Assembly (NCBI GenBank): GCA_965662235.1
Contig: CBFIGY010000007.1
Coordinates: forward strand, 41,538-105,537
Direction: 5' to 3'
Source: an uncultured bacterium
GTDB lineage: Bacteria > SAR324 > NAC60-12
DNA: 64,000 bases
The translations under genes were made by a program, and so were the position numbers. Under the pieces are notes generated by a model that was not told the DNA's origin, ran no database searches, and saw only the letters and a program-made list of their open reading frames with translations. Shown here piece by piece: positions 1-9,496 of this stretch (its first letter is position 1; every line of letters begins with the position of its first letter).

Positions 1-782
1 ATTTCGTCAATGAAGACAATGCAGGGCGCGTTGCGGCGGGCTTCTTCAAACAGGTCCCGAACCCGGCTGGCCCCGACGCCGACAAACATTTCCACAAAGT
101 CAGAACCGCTCATGCTGAAGAAGGGCACTCCTGCTTCCCCAGCCACGGCTTTGGCCAGCAGCGTCTTTCCGGTTCCCGGAGACCCGGACATCAGCATTCC
201 CTTTGGAATGCGGCCTCCCAGTTTGCGGAACTTGGCAGGGTCTCGAAGGAACTCAATGGTCTCATAGAGTTCTTCCTTGGCCTCTTGCACCCCGGCAACG
301 TTTTCAAAGGTGATCTGCAGCTGGTCGGGCTCGATCTTGTTGGCCTTGTTGCGTCCCAAGGAAAACATCTTCCCGGCGCCTCCGGATCCCTGCATGCGTC
401 GCATCAGGAGGATCCAGATGCCGAAGATCAGCAGGAACGGTCCCCAGTGAATGAAGAGGCTGAGGTACCACGGCAGCCCGGGTTCCGGCATGTAGTTGAA
501 CTGCACTCCGTTCTGCCGCAGCATGTCCACCACTCCCGGATGCTCCGGAGGAACATAGGTGCGGTAGGGATTGCCATCGGCCAGGACGCCTTCAATGCGG
601 GAATCTCCGATCATCTGCGCGTTGATGACTTCACCGGAGAGGACCGAGTTGCGGAAGTCGCTGTAAATGATTTCGTTCATGCGTTGGCCCGAGGAGGAGC
701 CATTGAACATGTTCACAAGGAACAAGGAGAGGACCAAGACGCTGAGGATGATCAGCAGGTTCTCACTTTTGAATCCCTTCAT
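1..782 (-). CDS. ftsH: ATP-dependent zinc metalloprotease FtsH (5' part; runs off window)
   Basis: Manual minus-strand translation: [26 protein letters not shown] (TM1), Walker [30 protein letters not shown], Walker [10 protein letters not shown] at the window edge. Not in the ORF track because it has no stop in the window. Confidence 0.96.
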   Translation of the reverse strand, partial: MKGFKSENLLIILSVLVLSLFLVNMFNGSSSGQRMNEIIYSDFRNSVLSGEVINAQMIGDSRIEGVLADGNPYRTYVPPEHPGVVDMLRQNGVQFNYMPEPGLPWYLSLFIHWGPFLLIFGIWILLMRRMQGSGGAGKMFSLGRNKANKIEPDQLQITFENVAGVQEAKEELYETIEFLRDPAKFRKLGGRIPKGMLMSGSPGTGKTLLAKAVAGEAGVPFFSMSGSDFVEMFVGVGASRVRDLFEEARRNAPCIVFIDE

Positions 783-1134
783 TTGGTTCAGTCCGAAAGT
801 TTTGCAGGAATCCACCGTCGTCAGGTGGTCTTTTTCATTTGGCTTCTTACCTTAACACAGCCCTTATCAGGGATTAAGCTAAAAAATGCTGCGAAGTTGT
901 TACGAATGCTGCTAGGCCGAGGCATTTTTCTCGGCATCGCTCAGGGAAAAACCGTTCCCTTAGGGAAACCGGACCGCGCGGAAACCCCGAGACCAGAAAA
1001 AGCACGGCCTGTGGACGCCTTGGCGACGGTTAGGATTGCCCCTGACAGAAGGGAATCGTATTCTGAAGTGTTGCGCCGCCTCAGCTGCCCAAACCCTGCT
1101 TTCCTGAAACAACGCCAACCTGAGAGTCAAGCAC

Positions 1135-1314
1135 GTGAAGATTTCCAGCCCCTGCATCCGCCAGTGCTCCCTCGATGAAACCCGGCACTGCCGAGGGTGC
1201 GGACGCTCCTTGGAAGAGATTGCCCGCTGGTCGGAAATGACTCCTGCGGAGCGGCATCAGGTGATGCAGCGGCTGGCCAAGCGAGGTCCGGATCAGGCTC
1301 AAGGGGTGGCATGA
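1135..1314 (+). CDS. DUF1289 family small Cys-rich (putative Fe-S) protein, 59 aa
   Basis: Manual translation from GTG: MKISSPCIRQCSLDETRHCRGCGRSLEEIARWSEMTPAERHQVMQRL..., the SPC..C...C.GCGR..EI..W pattern of DUF1289. The stop overlaps the MATE start (ATGA). Below the ORF-track length cutoff. Confidence 0.88.
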   Translation: MKISSPCIRQCSLDETRHCRGCGRSLEEIARWSEMTPAERHQVMQRLAKRGPDQAQGVA

Positions 1315-2702
1315 GCCGGATGGTGGCGTTTGGACAGGAAGCCCGGGAGATGCTGCGCATCGGGTTTCCCGTGATCGTCTCGCAGGTCCTGATGATGTCC
1401 ATGCAGTTTGTGGACACGGTCATGTCCGGAAATGTCAGCCCCAACGACCTGGCGGCGATTGCGACCGCCAGCGCACTTTACCACCCCGTTTTCTGCTTGG
1501 TGATTGGAGTCCTGCTCGCCATTACGCCGATTGTGGCGCAGCTCGATGGCGCCCGGAAGTGGAAGCGCATTGGCCCCAGCGTCCGGCAGGGCATTGGAGT
1601 GAGCCTAGTGCTGGCGGTGCTGAGCCTCTTCCTGCTTCCAAACCTGGAGCCCCTGCTCCTGTACATGGATTATGCGCCCGAGGTGATTCGCATCACCGAC
1701 GGCTACTTGGAGGCGCTCTGCTGGGGGCTTCCTGCCGCCTACCTCTTTTTGGCGCTCAAGCACTTCCTAGAGGGGCTCGGCATCACGCGTCCGAACATGA
1801 TCATTCATGTGCTGGGACTGGGGGCCAACGTTTTAGGAAACTACACCCTCATCTTCGGACACTTTGGCTTTCCCCGCTTGGGGGCTGTGGGGGCAGGGTG
1901 GACCACGGCGCTGGTGCACTGGGTCATGCTGGTGGCCCTAGTGGTTTACATCCTCCGGGCAAAGCGTCTCGAGTCCCTGAAGGTGCTGACGCACTGGGAA
2001 AGGCCACGTTGGGGGTACTGGCGAGAGATTCTGAAGATCGGCGTTCCCAGCGGACTCAGCCTGGCCGCGGAAGTGGGCATGTTTGCCATGATTGCGCTGC
2101 TGATGGGAACGTATGGGGTGACTGCGCTGGCGGCTCACCAGGTTGCGGTCAATGTGGCGGCGATTACGTTCATGATTCCGCTTGGCCTGTCAGCGGCGAT
2201 CACCAGTCGAGTGGGGCAGGCGGCGGGGCGTCGCAACTGGGAGGCGGTCCGGTTCCGTGGACGGGTAGGAATCCTGCTCAGCGTGGCGATCATGGTGGTC
2301 ACGGCGAGCGGCTTTTTGCTCTTTCCGGAGGCGATCACGTCGCTGTACACGCAGGACACCGAGGTCCGGATGCTGGCGGTGCAGATGCTGGCGATGGCTG
2401 CGCTGTTTCAGTTTTCAGACGGCCTGCAGATTTCAGCGACCGGTGCCCTCCGGGGCCTCAAGGACACTCGGGTGCCGATGATCAGCAACCTGCTTGCCTA
2501 CTGGGGCGTTGGGCTCACGCTGGCGTATGGCCTGGGGTTCATCTGGAAGGCAGGGGCGATCAGCATGTGGTGGGGAATGGTGGCCGGACTCTCAACGGCG
2601 GCGTTGCTGCACAACCTCCGCTTTTATCAACTTTCCCGTCGCTTGGGAACGCGACCTCACCCACCTCTGGCTCCTCTCGCCTCTGAGGCCGCTCCTTCGT
2701 AA
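1311..2702 (+). CDS. MATE family efflux transporter (NorM/MdtK-like)
   Basis: About 12 hydrophobic segments; FVDTVMSG, FGFPRLGAVGAG, GALRGLKDT motifs. Start moved to ATG 1311 (ATGA coupling). Confidence 0.93.
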   Translation: MSRMVAFGQEAREMLRIGFPVIVSQVLMMSMQFVDTVMSGNVSPNDLAAIATASALYHPVFCLVIGVLLAITPIVAQLDGARKWKRIGPSVRQGIGVSLVLAVLSLFLLPNLEPLLLYMDYAPEVIRITDGYLEALCWGLPAAYLFLALKHFLEGLGITRPNMIIHVLGLGANVLGNYTLIFGHFGFPRLGAVGAGWTTALVHWVMLVALVVYILRAKRLESLKVLTHWERPRWGYWREILKIGVPSGLSLAAEVGMFAMIALLMGTYGVTALAAHQVAVNVAAITFMIPLGLSAAITSRVGQAAGRRNWEAVRFRGRVGILLSVAIMVVTASGFLLFPEAITSLYTQDTEVRMLAVQMLAMAALFQFSDGLQISATGALRGLKDTRVPMISNLLAYWGVGLTLAYGLGFIWKAGAISMWWGMVAGLSTAALLHNLRFYQLSRRLGTRPHPPLAPLASEAAPS

Positions 2703-2709
2703 AACGCGG

Positions 2710-3459
2710 CTACTGAGCCGTGGAAGAGGTCGCTCCGGGTAATGGAACCCGGAGGGTCTGATGCTCAAAAACGTCTCCGTTGGCGAGGTTCCGGAGGCGG
2801 AAGTCCATCCGCACATAAAAGAAACCAGCGCGAACTTCTAGAGTGACGGGAACCTGAAAGGTCCGGGAAGCCCCTTCCGGAAGCCACTGAACGTCAAACG
2901 CGGTGGGAGCCTGGAGCTGACTGCGCCACGTGTCCAACTGCACCTCAAACAGCAGGGGCTCGGTCCCCGGATTTTGAAGCGTGTAGGCTAGGCGGCCTTC
3001 CAGTTGGAACGTCTTCCCCTGCTTGCTCAGTTGGGGCTCCTGAAACTCCAAACCGGCAAGAGTCAACTGTGCCGCCTGAGGCTCATGATGCGTCAGGTAG
3101 AGACGCTGCACCGTCGCCTTCCACAGCGCCGCTCGGGTTCCGAGGTCCTCTGCCCGGACGTTGTTCAGCACCAATTCCAGGTCCTGGTCGCTGCCGATGC
3201 TGCCCAGCAGCTGCACGACCCGCCACAGGTGGTCGGGAGTCGGAGGCGCATAGACGGCTTCTCGGAGAACAGGAAGGCCCCACTCCGGGTGCTCCAGAAA
3301 CGCCGAGGTCGCCTGCAGACGCTTGGCCAGGAGGGGCGAGTTCAGCTCCTGCAGGTACTGAGTCCGGAGCCGCTCTCGAAAGATTTCCTCAAAGTGCGCT
3401 GAGGCGTTTCCGGACACAAGCAGCAACGCCAGGCTCATCCACCACCACCGAACCATCAT
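2710..3459 (-). CDS. Hypothetical exported protein (HEAT-like helical N-half, beta-rich C-half)
   Basis: Signal peptide ending NASA; ATG overlaps the stop of the upstream glycosyltransferase. Confidence 0.65.
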   Translation of the reverse strand: MMVRWWWMSLALLLVSGNASAHFEEIFRERLRTQYLQELNSPLLAKRLQATSAFLEHPEWGLPVLREAVYAPPTPDHLWRVVQLLGSIGSDQDLELVLNNVRAEDLGTRAALWKATVQRLYLTHHEPQAAQLTLAGLEFQEPQLSKQGKTFQLEGRLAYTLQNPGTEPLLFEVQLDTWRSQLQAPTAFDVQWLPEGASRTFQVPVTLEVRAGFFYVRMDFRLRNLANGDVFEHQTLRVPLPGATSSTAQ

Positions 3460-4607
3460 GCTGCCAGCTGAGAGGTCTGCTGCGCCTGCCACTGCTGGTA
3501 GCCAAAGGCAATGGCTGCGAGCATCTGTTCCTTGTAGCGCTCCCGGCCGAACCGGGACGTGTTCTGCTCAAAGGCCTCTTGACGGAACTCGTGGTGCCGG
3601 GCTTCCATTTCCTCAATGCCCGCACAGAGGGCGTCCACGCTCTGGACGTCAAAGAAGATTCCGGTCTGTTCCGTAACGGTCTCCAGCGCTCCGCCGGCAG
3701 CATAGGCCAAAACGGGGGTGCCACAGGCCTGTGCTTCCAGCGGAGTGATGCCAAAGTCGTCTTCGCCCGGAAAGACAAAGGCCCGGGCCTGCTGATAGAG
3801 TGCCAGCAGTTCTGAAGACTCAAGCTCGCCCAAAAACTCAATGGTGGGTCCGGCGATGCCACGGCAGTACTCCTCATCCTGCCCCTTGCCCACAATCTTC
3901 AACGGCAGCTCCATCCGGTTGAACGCCTCAATGGCCAGATCCACGCGCTTGTTGGGAGCAAACGCGCCGATCATCAGGTAAAAGTCCTGCTTCTCTGATC
4001 CGGGCTGAAAGTGATCCACATCAACTGGAGGATGAATGACCTGGGCCTCACGTCCGTAATACTCGCGGATCTTGCGCCGAACGTTGCGGCTGTTGCAGAG
4101 GTACGTGTGCACCCGGTCAGCCGTGTTGCGGTCCCAGCGCTTGAGGTAGGGGCGCACCAGTTCAGCGGCCATGCGGACAGAAGGAGACGTGCGTGGAGTC
4201 CGGAAGTAGGTGTCAAAGGCATCCCAGACGTAGCGCATGGGCGCATGGACGTAGGAGATGTGATACGTGTGGGGGCCCGGACGAGCGCTCTTGGCAACAC
4301 AGTGGCTGGTGCTGATGATGAGGTCGTATTGGTCAAACTTGAACGCCTCGATGGCCTTCGGGAGGATGGGGAGGAAGTGCCGGTAGTGGCTGATGCCGTA
4401 TGGCATGTACTGGACGAAGGAGGTCCGGATGTCCATCTGCTCAATGGTGGGCGAAAGCCGGCCCCGCTGGTGGATGAGGGTGTACAGGGGCGCTTCCGGG
4501 AACAGCTCGCAGAGCACCTCCAGGCACTTTTCTCCGCCCCGCATGCCGTTGAGCCAGTCGTGCACCAGAGCGATGCGACGTCCCTTCAATACGCTGGGTT
4601 GCGTCAT
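3456..4607 (-). CDS. GT4 family glycosyltransferase (WbaZ-like)
   Basis: VHDWLNGMRGGE, ISTSHCVAK, DDFGITPLEAQACG motifs; ATGA overlap with the HAD gene. Confidence 0.92.
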   Translation of the reverse strand: MTQPSVLKGRRIALVHDWLNGMRGGEKCLEVLCELFPEAPLYTLIHQRGRLSPTIEQMDIRTSFVQYMPYGISHYRHFLPILPKAIEAFKFDQYDLIISTSHCVAKSARPGPHTYHISYVHAPMRYVWDAFDTYFRTPRTSPSVRMAAELVRPYLKRWDRNTADRVHTYLCNSRNVRRKIREYYGREAQVIHPPVDVDHFQPGSEKQDFYLMIGAFAPNKRVDLAIEAFNRMELPLKIVGKGQDEEYCRGIAGPTIEFLGELESSELLALYQQARAFVFPGEDDFGITPLEAQACGTPVLAYAAGGALETVTEQTGIFFDVQSVDALCAGIEEMEARHHEFRQEAFEQNTSRFGRERYKEQMLAAIAFGYQQWQAQQTSQLAA

Positions 4608-5302
4608 GTGGTGAATTGCGGTTGCTGCTGAAGCCACGCAGGGAGGGCTTCAAGGTTAGGGAGTTGTGCAAAGCGCTCGTGTTGCGGCGGCTCCGCGTGT
4701 TCATGGGCCCAGGTGAGCTCATACGGAACGTGCACCGCGTGACCGCCAATTTCCAGCACCGGCAGGATGTCGGAGCGGAGGGAGTTTCCCACCATCAGGA
4801 AGCGTTCTGGCGCGACCTGGTGCTTGGTCAGCAGGCGCTGATACGTCGCGGGGTCCTTTTCCCGGACGATCTCAACGTCCTGAAAGCGTTCAGCGAGTCC
4901 GGAGCGTGCGATCTTGATTTCTTGGTCAAACAGGTCGCCTTTGGTGATCAGCATGAGCCGATACTGTGGCGCCACGGCCTCCAGCACCTCCGCCACTCCG
5001 GGCAGGAGTTCCAGGGGAGAGTTCTGCATCTCCTTGCCGAAGTCGAGGATCTGCTTGATCTCACTCCCGCTGATCTCTCCTTGAGTCAGCTCCACCGCGG
5101 TTTCAACCATAGAAAGGACAAATCCCTTGATGCCGTAGCCGAAGTACTGGAGGTTCTTCTTTTCCGTGGCATAGAGGGTCTGGTCCACCACCTCGGGATG
5201 GTAGGCATTGAGGATGCTCTGGAACCGCTCCTGCGTCCAGGAAAACAGACGCTCATTGTGCCACAGGGTGTCATCGGCATCAAAGGCCAGAACATCAATC
5301 AT
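4604..5302 (-). CDS. HAD-superfamily hydrolase
   Basis: FDADDTLW motif I, ITKGD, MVGNSLRSDI. Confidence 0.92.
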   Translation of the reverse strand: MIDVLAFDADDTLWHNERLFSWTQERFQSILNAYHPEVVDQTLYATEKKNLQYFGYGIKGFVLSMVETAVELTQGEISGSEIKQILDFGKEMQNSPLELLPGVAEVLEAVAPQYRLMLITKGDLFDQEIKIARSGLAERFQDVEIVREKDPATYQRLLTKHQVAPERFLMVGNSLRSDILPVLEIGGHAVHVPYELTWAHEHAEPPQHERFAQLPNLEALPAWLQQQPQFTT

Positions 5303-5311
5303 GCATCCCCC

Positions 5312-5956
5312 TCAGAGGAGGGGCTTGAGGTACTCGGCCACGGTTTCGCTGATGATCTGGTGCCCTTCGGGGTTGGGATGAATGCCATCGGAGATGTTTT
5401 TGTCGGGAACCCCTCCCACGTCCTTCAGCAGAAAGGGGATGAGGGCGACCTGGTGGGTGTCAGCGACCTCCGGGAAGGCTTCCCGGAAGTCGACCGTGTA
5501 CTCGGGTCCGTAATTCAGTGGCATCTGCATGCCGGCCAGAAGCACCTTCATGCCCTGCTCCTGAGCAAAGCGGATGGTGGCTCCCAGGTTTTCCTTCATC
5601 TTGTCCACACTCAGGCCTCGGAGGCCATCGTTTGCGCCGAGGGCAAGGATGAGGACATCGGCCTGAGCGCGGGCGTACCAGCGGAGGCGTCCGAGGGCGC
5701 TGGCACTGGTGGAACCGCTGATGCCTGCGTTGACGATTTCCACATCGTAGCCTTGCTCCAGCAGGGCCTGTTCTAGCAGGAAGGGCCAAGCTTCTTCTTT
5801 TTCCACGCCGTATCCTTCGGTGAGGGAGTCTCCGAGGGCCAGCACCTTCACAGACGCCTGCGCTGGGCCTGCCCAGGAGAGCAGAAGAAGCAATCCGGCT
5901 CCCAGAAGGAGGGAGCCGAAGGGGTTAGATTTTTGCGCTGAGTTCCTTGATTTCAT
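5312..5956 (-). CDS. tesA: Arylesterase / acyl-CoA thioesterase I (TesA-like SGNH/GDSL lipase), exported
   Basis: Signal peptide; LGDSL, NAGISG, LGANDGLRG, DGIHPN blocks. Confidence 0.88.
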   Translation of the reverse strand: MKSRNSAQKSNPFGSLLLGAGLLLLLSWAGPAQASVKVLALGDSLTEGYGVEKEEAWPFLLEQALLEQGYDVEIVNAGISGSTSASALGRLRWYARAQADVLILALGANDGLRGLSVDKMKENLGATIRFAQEQGMKVLLAGMQMPLNYGPEYTVDFREAFPEVADTHQVALIPFLLKDVGGVPDKNISDGIHPNPEGHQIISETVAEYLKPLL

Positions 5957-7565
5957 GGTTGAGGATCCGGTCGTTGTCAGAGTAATCCACCGGCAACTCA
6001 ATGACATGCACCCCATGGGTGTTGTGGCAGTGCTCCAGAAGCGGCAAGAACTCCTCGGTGCTGCCAACGCGATGTCCAATGGCGCCGTAAGCTTCTGCAT
6101 ACTTGACAAAATCCGGGTTGCCGAACTGAAGCCCAAAGTCCTCAAAGTTCATGTTGGCCTGCTTCCAGCGGATCATCCCATAGGAGTCATCGCGCAGAAT
6201 GAGCACAACCACATGCATGTTGAGGCGGACGGCGGTTTCGAGCTCCTGGGAGTTCATCATGAACCCGCCGTCTCCACAGATTGCCATGACCTTGCGGTCC
6301 GGATGGACCATCTTCGCACCCATTGCCGAGGGCAGTCCGGCGCCCATGGTCGCCAGGGCATTGTCCAGTAACACCGTATTTTGCTGGTAAGCAGCATAAT
6401 TACGGGCAAACCAGATTTTGTAAACCCCATTGTCCAGACAGATGATGCCATCATCGGGCATGGCCTTACGGACATCGGCCACCATCCGTTGCGGTTTCAT
6501 GGGGAAACCCGGATCGTCGGACCCTTCCTGGACATGCGCATCCATGGCCGCCTTGACGGTCTTGAAGTAGCTGAAGTCCCAGTGCTGCTGCGGAACAAGG
6601 TGTTCCTTGATCTGCCAGATTGAGTTGGCAATGTCGCCAATGACTTCATGCTGCGGGTAGTAAACAGGGTCGACTTCAGCGCCGTAGAAGTTGATGTGAA
6701 TGACGGTGGGGGTGTTGTTCTCCATGAAGAACGGAGGCTTCTCCACGTCATCGTGGCCGACGTTGAGGATCAGGTCCGCCTGCGCCACTGCCCGGTGCAC
6801 GAAGTCACCTGCAGAGAGAGCCGCGTTGCCCAAGAAGAGCGGGTCTCGCTCATCCAGAACACCTTTGCCCATCTGGGTTGAAATAAACGGCATGCCGGTC
6901 GCGTCCACCAGTTCCCGGAGCATCTTCGAGGTCATCTTGCGGTTGGCACCAGCGCCAATGCAGAGCAGCGGGTGCTTGGCCTGCTCAATCATCTTGACGG
7001 CTTGAGCGATCGCCTTTTCTTCAGCAATCGGACGTCGAGCCCGGGTGGGTTCAATCACATGCGTCACCGCGTCTTCTGCCGCAACGTCTTCCGGAAGCTC
7101 AAGGTGGGCAGCGCCCGGACGCTCTTCCTGCATCACACGGAAGGCCTCTCGAACCCGAGCCGGGATGTTGTTGCCGCTGACGATCTGGTGCGTGAATTTG
7201 GTGAGCGGCTTCATCATTTCCACCACGTCTAGGATCTGAAACTTACCCTGCTTGCTGTGCTTGACGGGTTTTTGTCCGGTGATCAGCAGCAGCGGAAAAC
7301 CGGCCAGCTGAGCATAGGCTGAAGCCGTGACCAGGTTGGTGGCGCCCGGGCCCAGGGTGGACATCGCCACACCCGGTTTGCCGGTCAAGCGTCCGTAGGT
7401 GGCTGCCATAAAGCCTGCCCCTTGCTCATGTCGAGTCAGAACCAGCTGAATCTTAGAGCCCTTGAGGGAGTTCAGCAGGTCGAGGTTTTCTTCTCCGGGG
7501 ATGCCAAAGATGTGCTCAACACCTTCGGCTTCAAGAGCTTGAACGAGCAGGTCGGATGCTTTCAT
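5925..7565 (-). CDS. Acetolactate synthase large subunit-like TPP enzyme
   Basis: FGIPGEEN, RHEQGAGFMA, TPP motif GDGGFMMNSQELET...DDSYGMI. No small regulatory subunit adjacent. Confidence 0.9.
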   Translation of the reverse strand: MKASDLLVQALEAEGVEHIFGIPGEENLDLLNSLKGSKIQLVLTRHEQGAGFMAATYGRLTGKPGVAMSTLGPGATNLVTASAYAQLAGFPLLLITGQKPVKHSKQGKFQILDVVEMMKPLTKFTHQIVSGNNIPARVREAFRVMQEERPGAAHLELPEDVAAEDAVTHVIEPTRARRPIAEEKAIAQAVKMIEQAKHPLLCIGAGANRKMTSKMLRELVDATGMPFISTQMGKGVLDERDPLFLGNAALSAGDFVHRAVAQADLILNVGHDDVEKPPFFMENNTPTVIHINFYGAEVDPVYYPQHEVIGDIANSIWQIKEHLVPQQHWDFSYFKTVKAAMDAHVQEGSDDPGFPMKPQRMVADVRKAMPDDGIICLDNGVYKIWFARNYAAYQQNTVLLDNALATMGAGLPSAMGAKMVHPDRKVMAICGDGGFMMNSQELETAVRLNMHVVVLILRDDSYGMIRWKQANMNFEDFGLQFGNPDFVKYAEAYGAIGHRVGSTEEFLPLLEHCHNTHGVHVIELPVDYSDNDRILNHEIKELSAKI

Positions 7566-7678
7566 AACGGTCTCATGGTGCGGTGATGGTCAGATCGGTT
7601 GAGGACGGGTTGCGTGGTTCTCTCAACAAACACAGGCGATAACTATCCTGTCCCGTGTGGTTTTTGCAAGCTAAGACC

Positions 7679-8608
7679 TCAGCAGGACTGCAGATAGGCT
7701 TCGACTTGGGCTCGCACGGGCATTGGGTTGACTGCGCCATAGCCCTGAGTGGAGAGTGCGGCGGCAGCGTTGGCATAAACGGCGGCTTCAAAAGGAGAAC
7801 GTCCGGCGACCCATTCCGCCAGGAAGGCGCCATCAAAGGTGTCTCCCGCGCCGGTTGCATCGACTGCAGCCACCGTAAAGCCGGGAATCCGCTGGCGCTC
7901 GGTAGCAGTGGCGACCCACACCCCCTCGGCCCCCAGAGTCAACGCCACCACGGAGGCGCCGAGATTCAGGTAGAAGTCGAGAATGGCTTCGGGCTGCTCC
8001 AGACCGGTCAGCTGGATGGCATCCTCTAGTCCGGGCAACACCAGGTCACACTGTCGGACGGCCTCGTGGATCAGCGCCCGTGCGCGATTCAGCGACCACA
8101 GCTTCAGACGGAGGTTGGTGTCAAAGGACACCTTCACCCCAAGGCTCCGGGCCTCGGCCATTAGGGCAAACACGGTGTCACAGGCGCTGCTGGAGATGGC
8201 CTGACTGATTCCGGAGGTGTGGAGCATCTGGGCTCCGGTGAGGGCTTCTGGAGGAAAACTGGCAGGCGTCATGCGGCTGGCAGCGGAACCAGCACGGAGG
8301 TAACTGAATTGATGTCCGGACGCGTGGTGGGTCACAAAGTACACCCCGGTGGGCGCATCCGGATCCTGAATGACCTGCCGAGTGTCCAACCCCTCCTGCT
8401 GCCACAACGCCTGCAACTGTTCCCCAAAGGCATCGGCGCCAATTCGGGTGAGGAGACCAACGCGAGCGCCTTGGCGCGCTGCCGCGATGGCACAGTTCGA
8501 GGTGTCGCCACCAAAGCCGGGCAGGTAGCGACCGTCGGACTGCTGGTTTAATTCCACCAGCGGCTCACCTAGGCAGAAGATCTCCGGGGTCGATGAAGCC
8601 GGAGTCAT
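7679..8608 (-). CDS. kdgK: PfkB sugar kinase, 2-dehydro-3-deoxygluconokinase (KdgK)-like
   Basis: GGDTSNCAIAAARQG, SFDTNLRLKLW, DATGAGDTFDG; ATG overlaps the nagB stop. Confidence 0.8.
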   Translation of the reverse strand: MTPASSTPEIFCLGEPLVELNQQSDGRYLPGFGGDTSNCAIAAARQGARVGLLTRIGADAFGEQLQALWQQEGLDTRQVIQDPDAPTGVYFVTHHASGHQFSYLRAGSAASRMTPASFPPEALTGAQMLHTSGISQAISSSACDTVFALMAEARSLGVKVSFDTNLRLKLWSLNRARALIHEAVRQCDLVLPGLEDAIQLTGLEQPEAILDFYLNLGASVVALTLGAEGVWVATATERQRIPGFTVAAVDATGAGDTFDGAFLAEWVAGRSPFEAAVYANAAAALSTQGYGAVNPMPVRAQVEAYLQSC

Positions 8609-9390
8609 TGATACTGTTGCCATTCCAGTTTGTTCCGTTCCACCCACTTGTAGTGGTCCTTGTAGGTCAGCAGGTAAGCGGCCTCTTCATCGAGTACCAC
8701 TGTCACCCGTTGGTGCATCTGCAGCACCGAAGCCGGGCACATTCCGGTCACCGGCCCCTCAATCATGCGACGGATGGCGTCGGCCTTCTTGGCTCCTGTG
8801 GCCAGCAACAGGCACTGCCGCGCCTCCATGATGGTGGCAATCCCCATGGTGAGCACATGCCGAGGCACCCGCTCCGGGTTTTCAAAGTAAATGGCGTTGT
8901 CCCGGATGGTCTGCTCGCTGAGGATCTTCAGCCAGGTCCGGGACGCCAAGGAGCCCGTGGGTTCATTGAAGCCGATGTGCCCGTTCGAACCAATCCCCAG
9001 CACCTGAAGGTCAATGCCGCCGGCTGCAGAAATCTTGCGCTCGTACCCGCGACAGGCGTCCCGGAGGTCCTCGGACATGCCATCGGGAAGATGCACGTTG
9101 CTGGCGTCAATGTCAATGTGATCAAACAGGTTGGAGTGCATGTAGTAGTAGTAAGACCGCTCATCCTCCCGGGGCAACCCCACATACTCGTCAAGGTTGA
9201 AGGTCTGGCAGTGCTTGAAGCTCAGCCCCTCCTCCTGATGCAGGCGCACCAACTCCTGGTACAGCCGCAACGGCGTTCCTCCCGTTGCCAACCCCAGCAC
9301 CGGGCGCTCTTTTGTCCGAAGTTGACGCGTCACCACTTGAGCTGCAACGGCTGCGCAGGCCTCCGGCGTGTCCCGAATCAGAATTTCCAT
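8605..9390 (-). CDS. nagB: Glucosamine-6-phosphate deaminase
   Basis: GLATGGTP, FNLDEYVG, GIGSNGHIGFNEP motifs. Confidence 0.95.
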   Translation of the reverse strand: MEILIRDTPEACAAVAAQVVTRQLRTKERPVLGLATGGTPLRLYQELVRLHQEEGLSFKHCQTFNLDEYVGLPREDERSYYYYMHSNLFDHIDIDASNVHLPDGMSEDLRDACRGYERKISAAGGIDLQVLGIGSNGHIGFNEPTGSLASRTWLKILSEQTIRDNAIYFENPERVPRHVLTMGIATIMEARQCLLLATGAKKADAIRRMIEGPVTGMCPASVLQMHQRVTVVLDEEAAYLLTYKDHYKWVERNKLEWQQYQ

Positions 9391-9407
9391 GCCCTTCCTC
9401 GTGTTAT

Positions 9408-9421
9408 TGTTATCGATAACA
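9408..9421. promoter_or_regulatory. Perfect palindrome TGTTATCGATAACA, LacI-family (GntR-like) operator
   Basis: 14-bp perfect inverted repeat with a central CG, between the predicted nagB transcription start and its RBS. Confidence 0.75.
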
Positions 9422-9432
9422 TTGAGGGGCTC

Positions 9433-9461
9433 AGAATAATGGGAGTGGGCCTGGGAGTCAA
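9433..9461 (-). promoter_or_regulatory. Sigma70-like promoter for nagB-kdgK
   Basis: Minus strand TTGACT-17 nt-TATTCT. Confidence 0.7.
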
Positions 9462-9496
9462 GTAGCGGACGTGTGAAAAAATGGGGAAGGGAAGGG

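Noticed and set aside
941..1045. Identification of the hairpin as SRP RNA or 6S RNA
   Set aside because: Lacks the SRP domain IV motif and is much shorter than typical 6S; kept only as an unnamed candidate.
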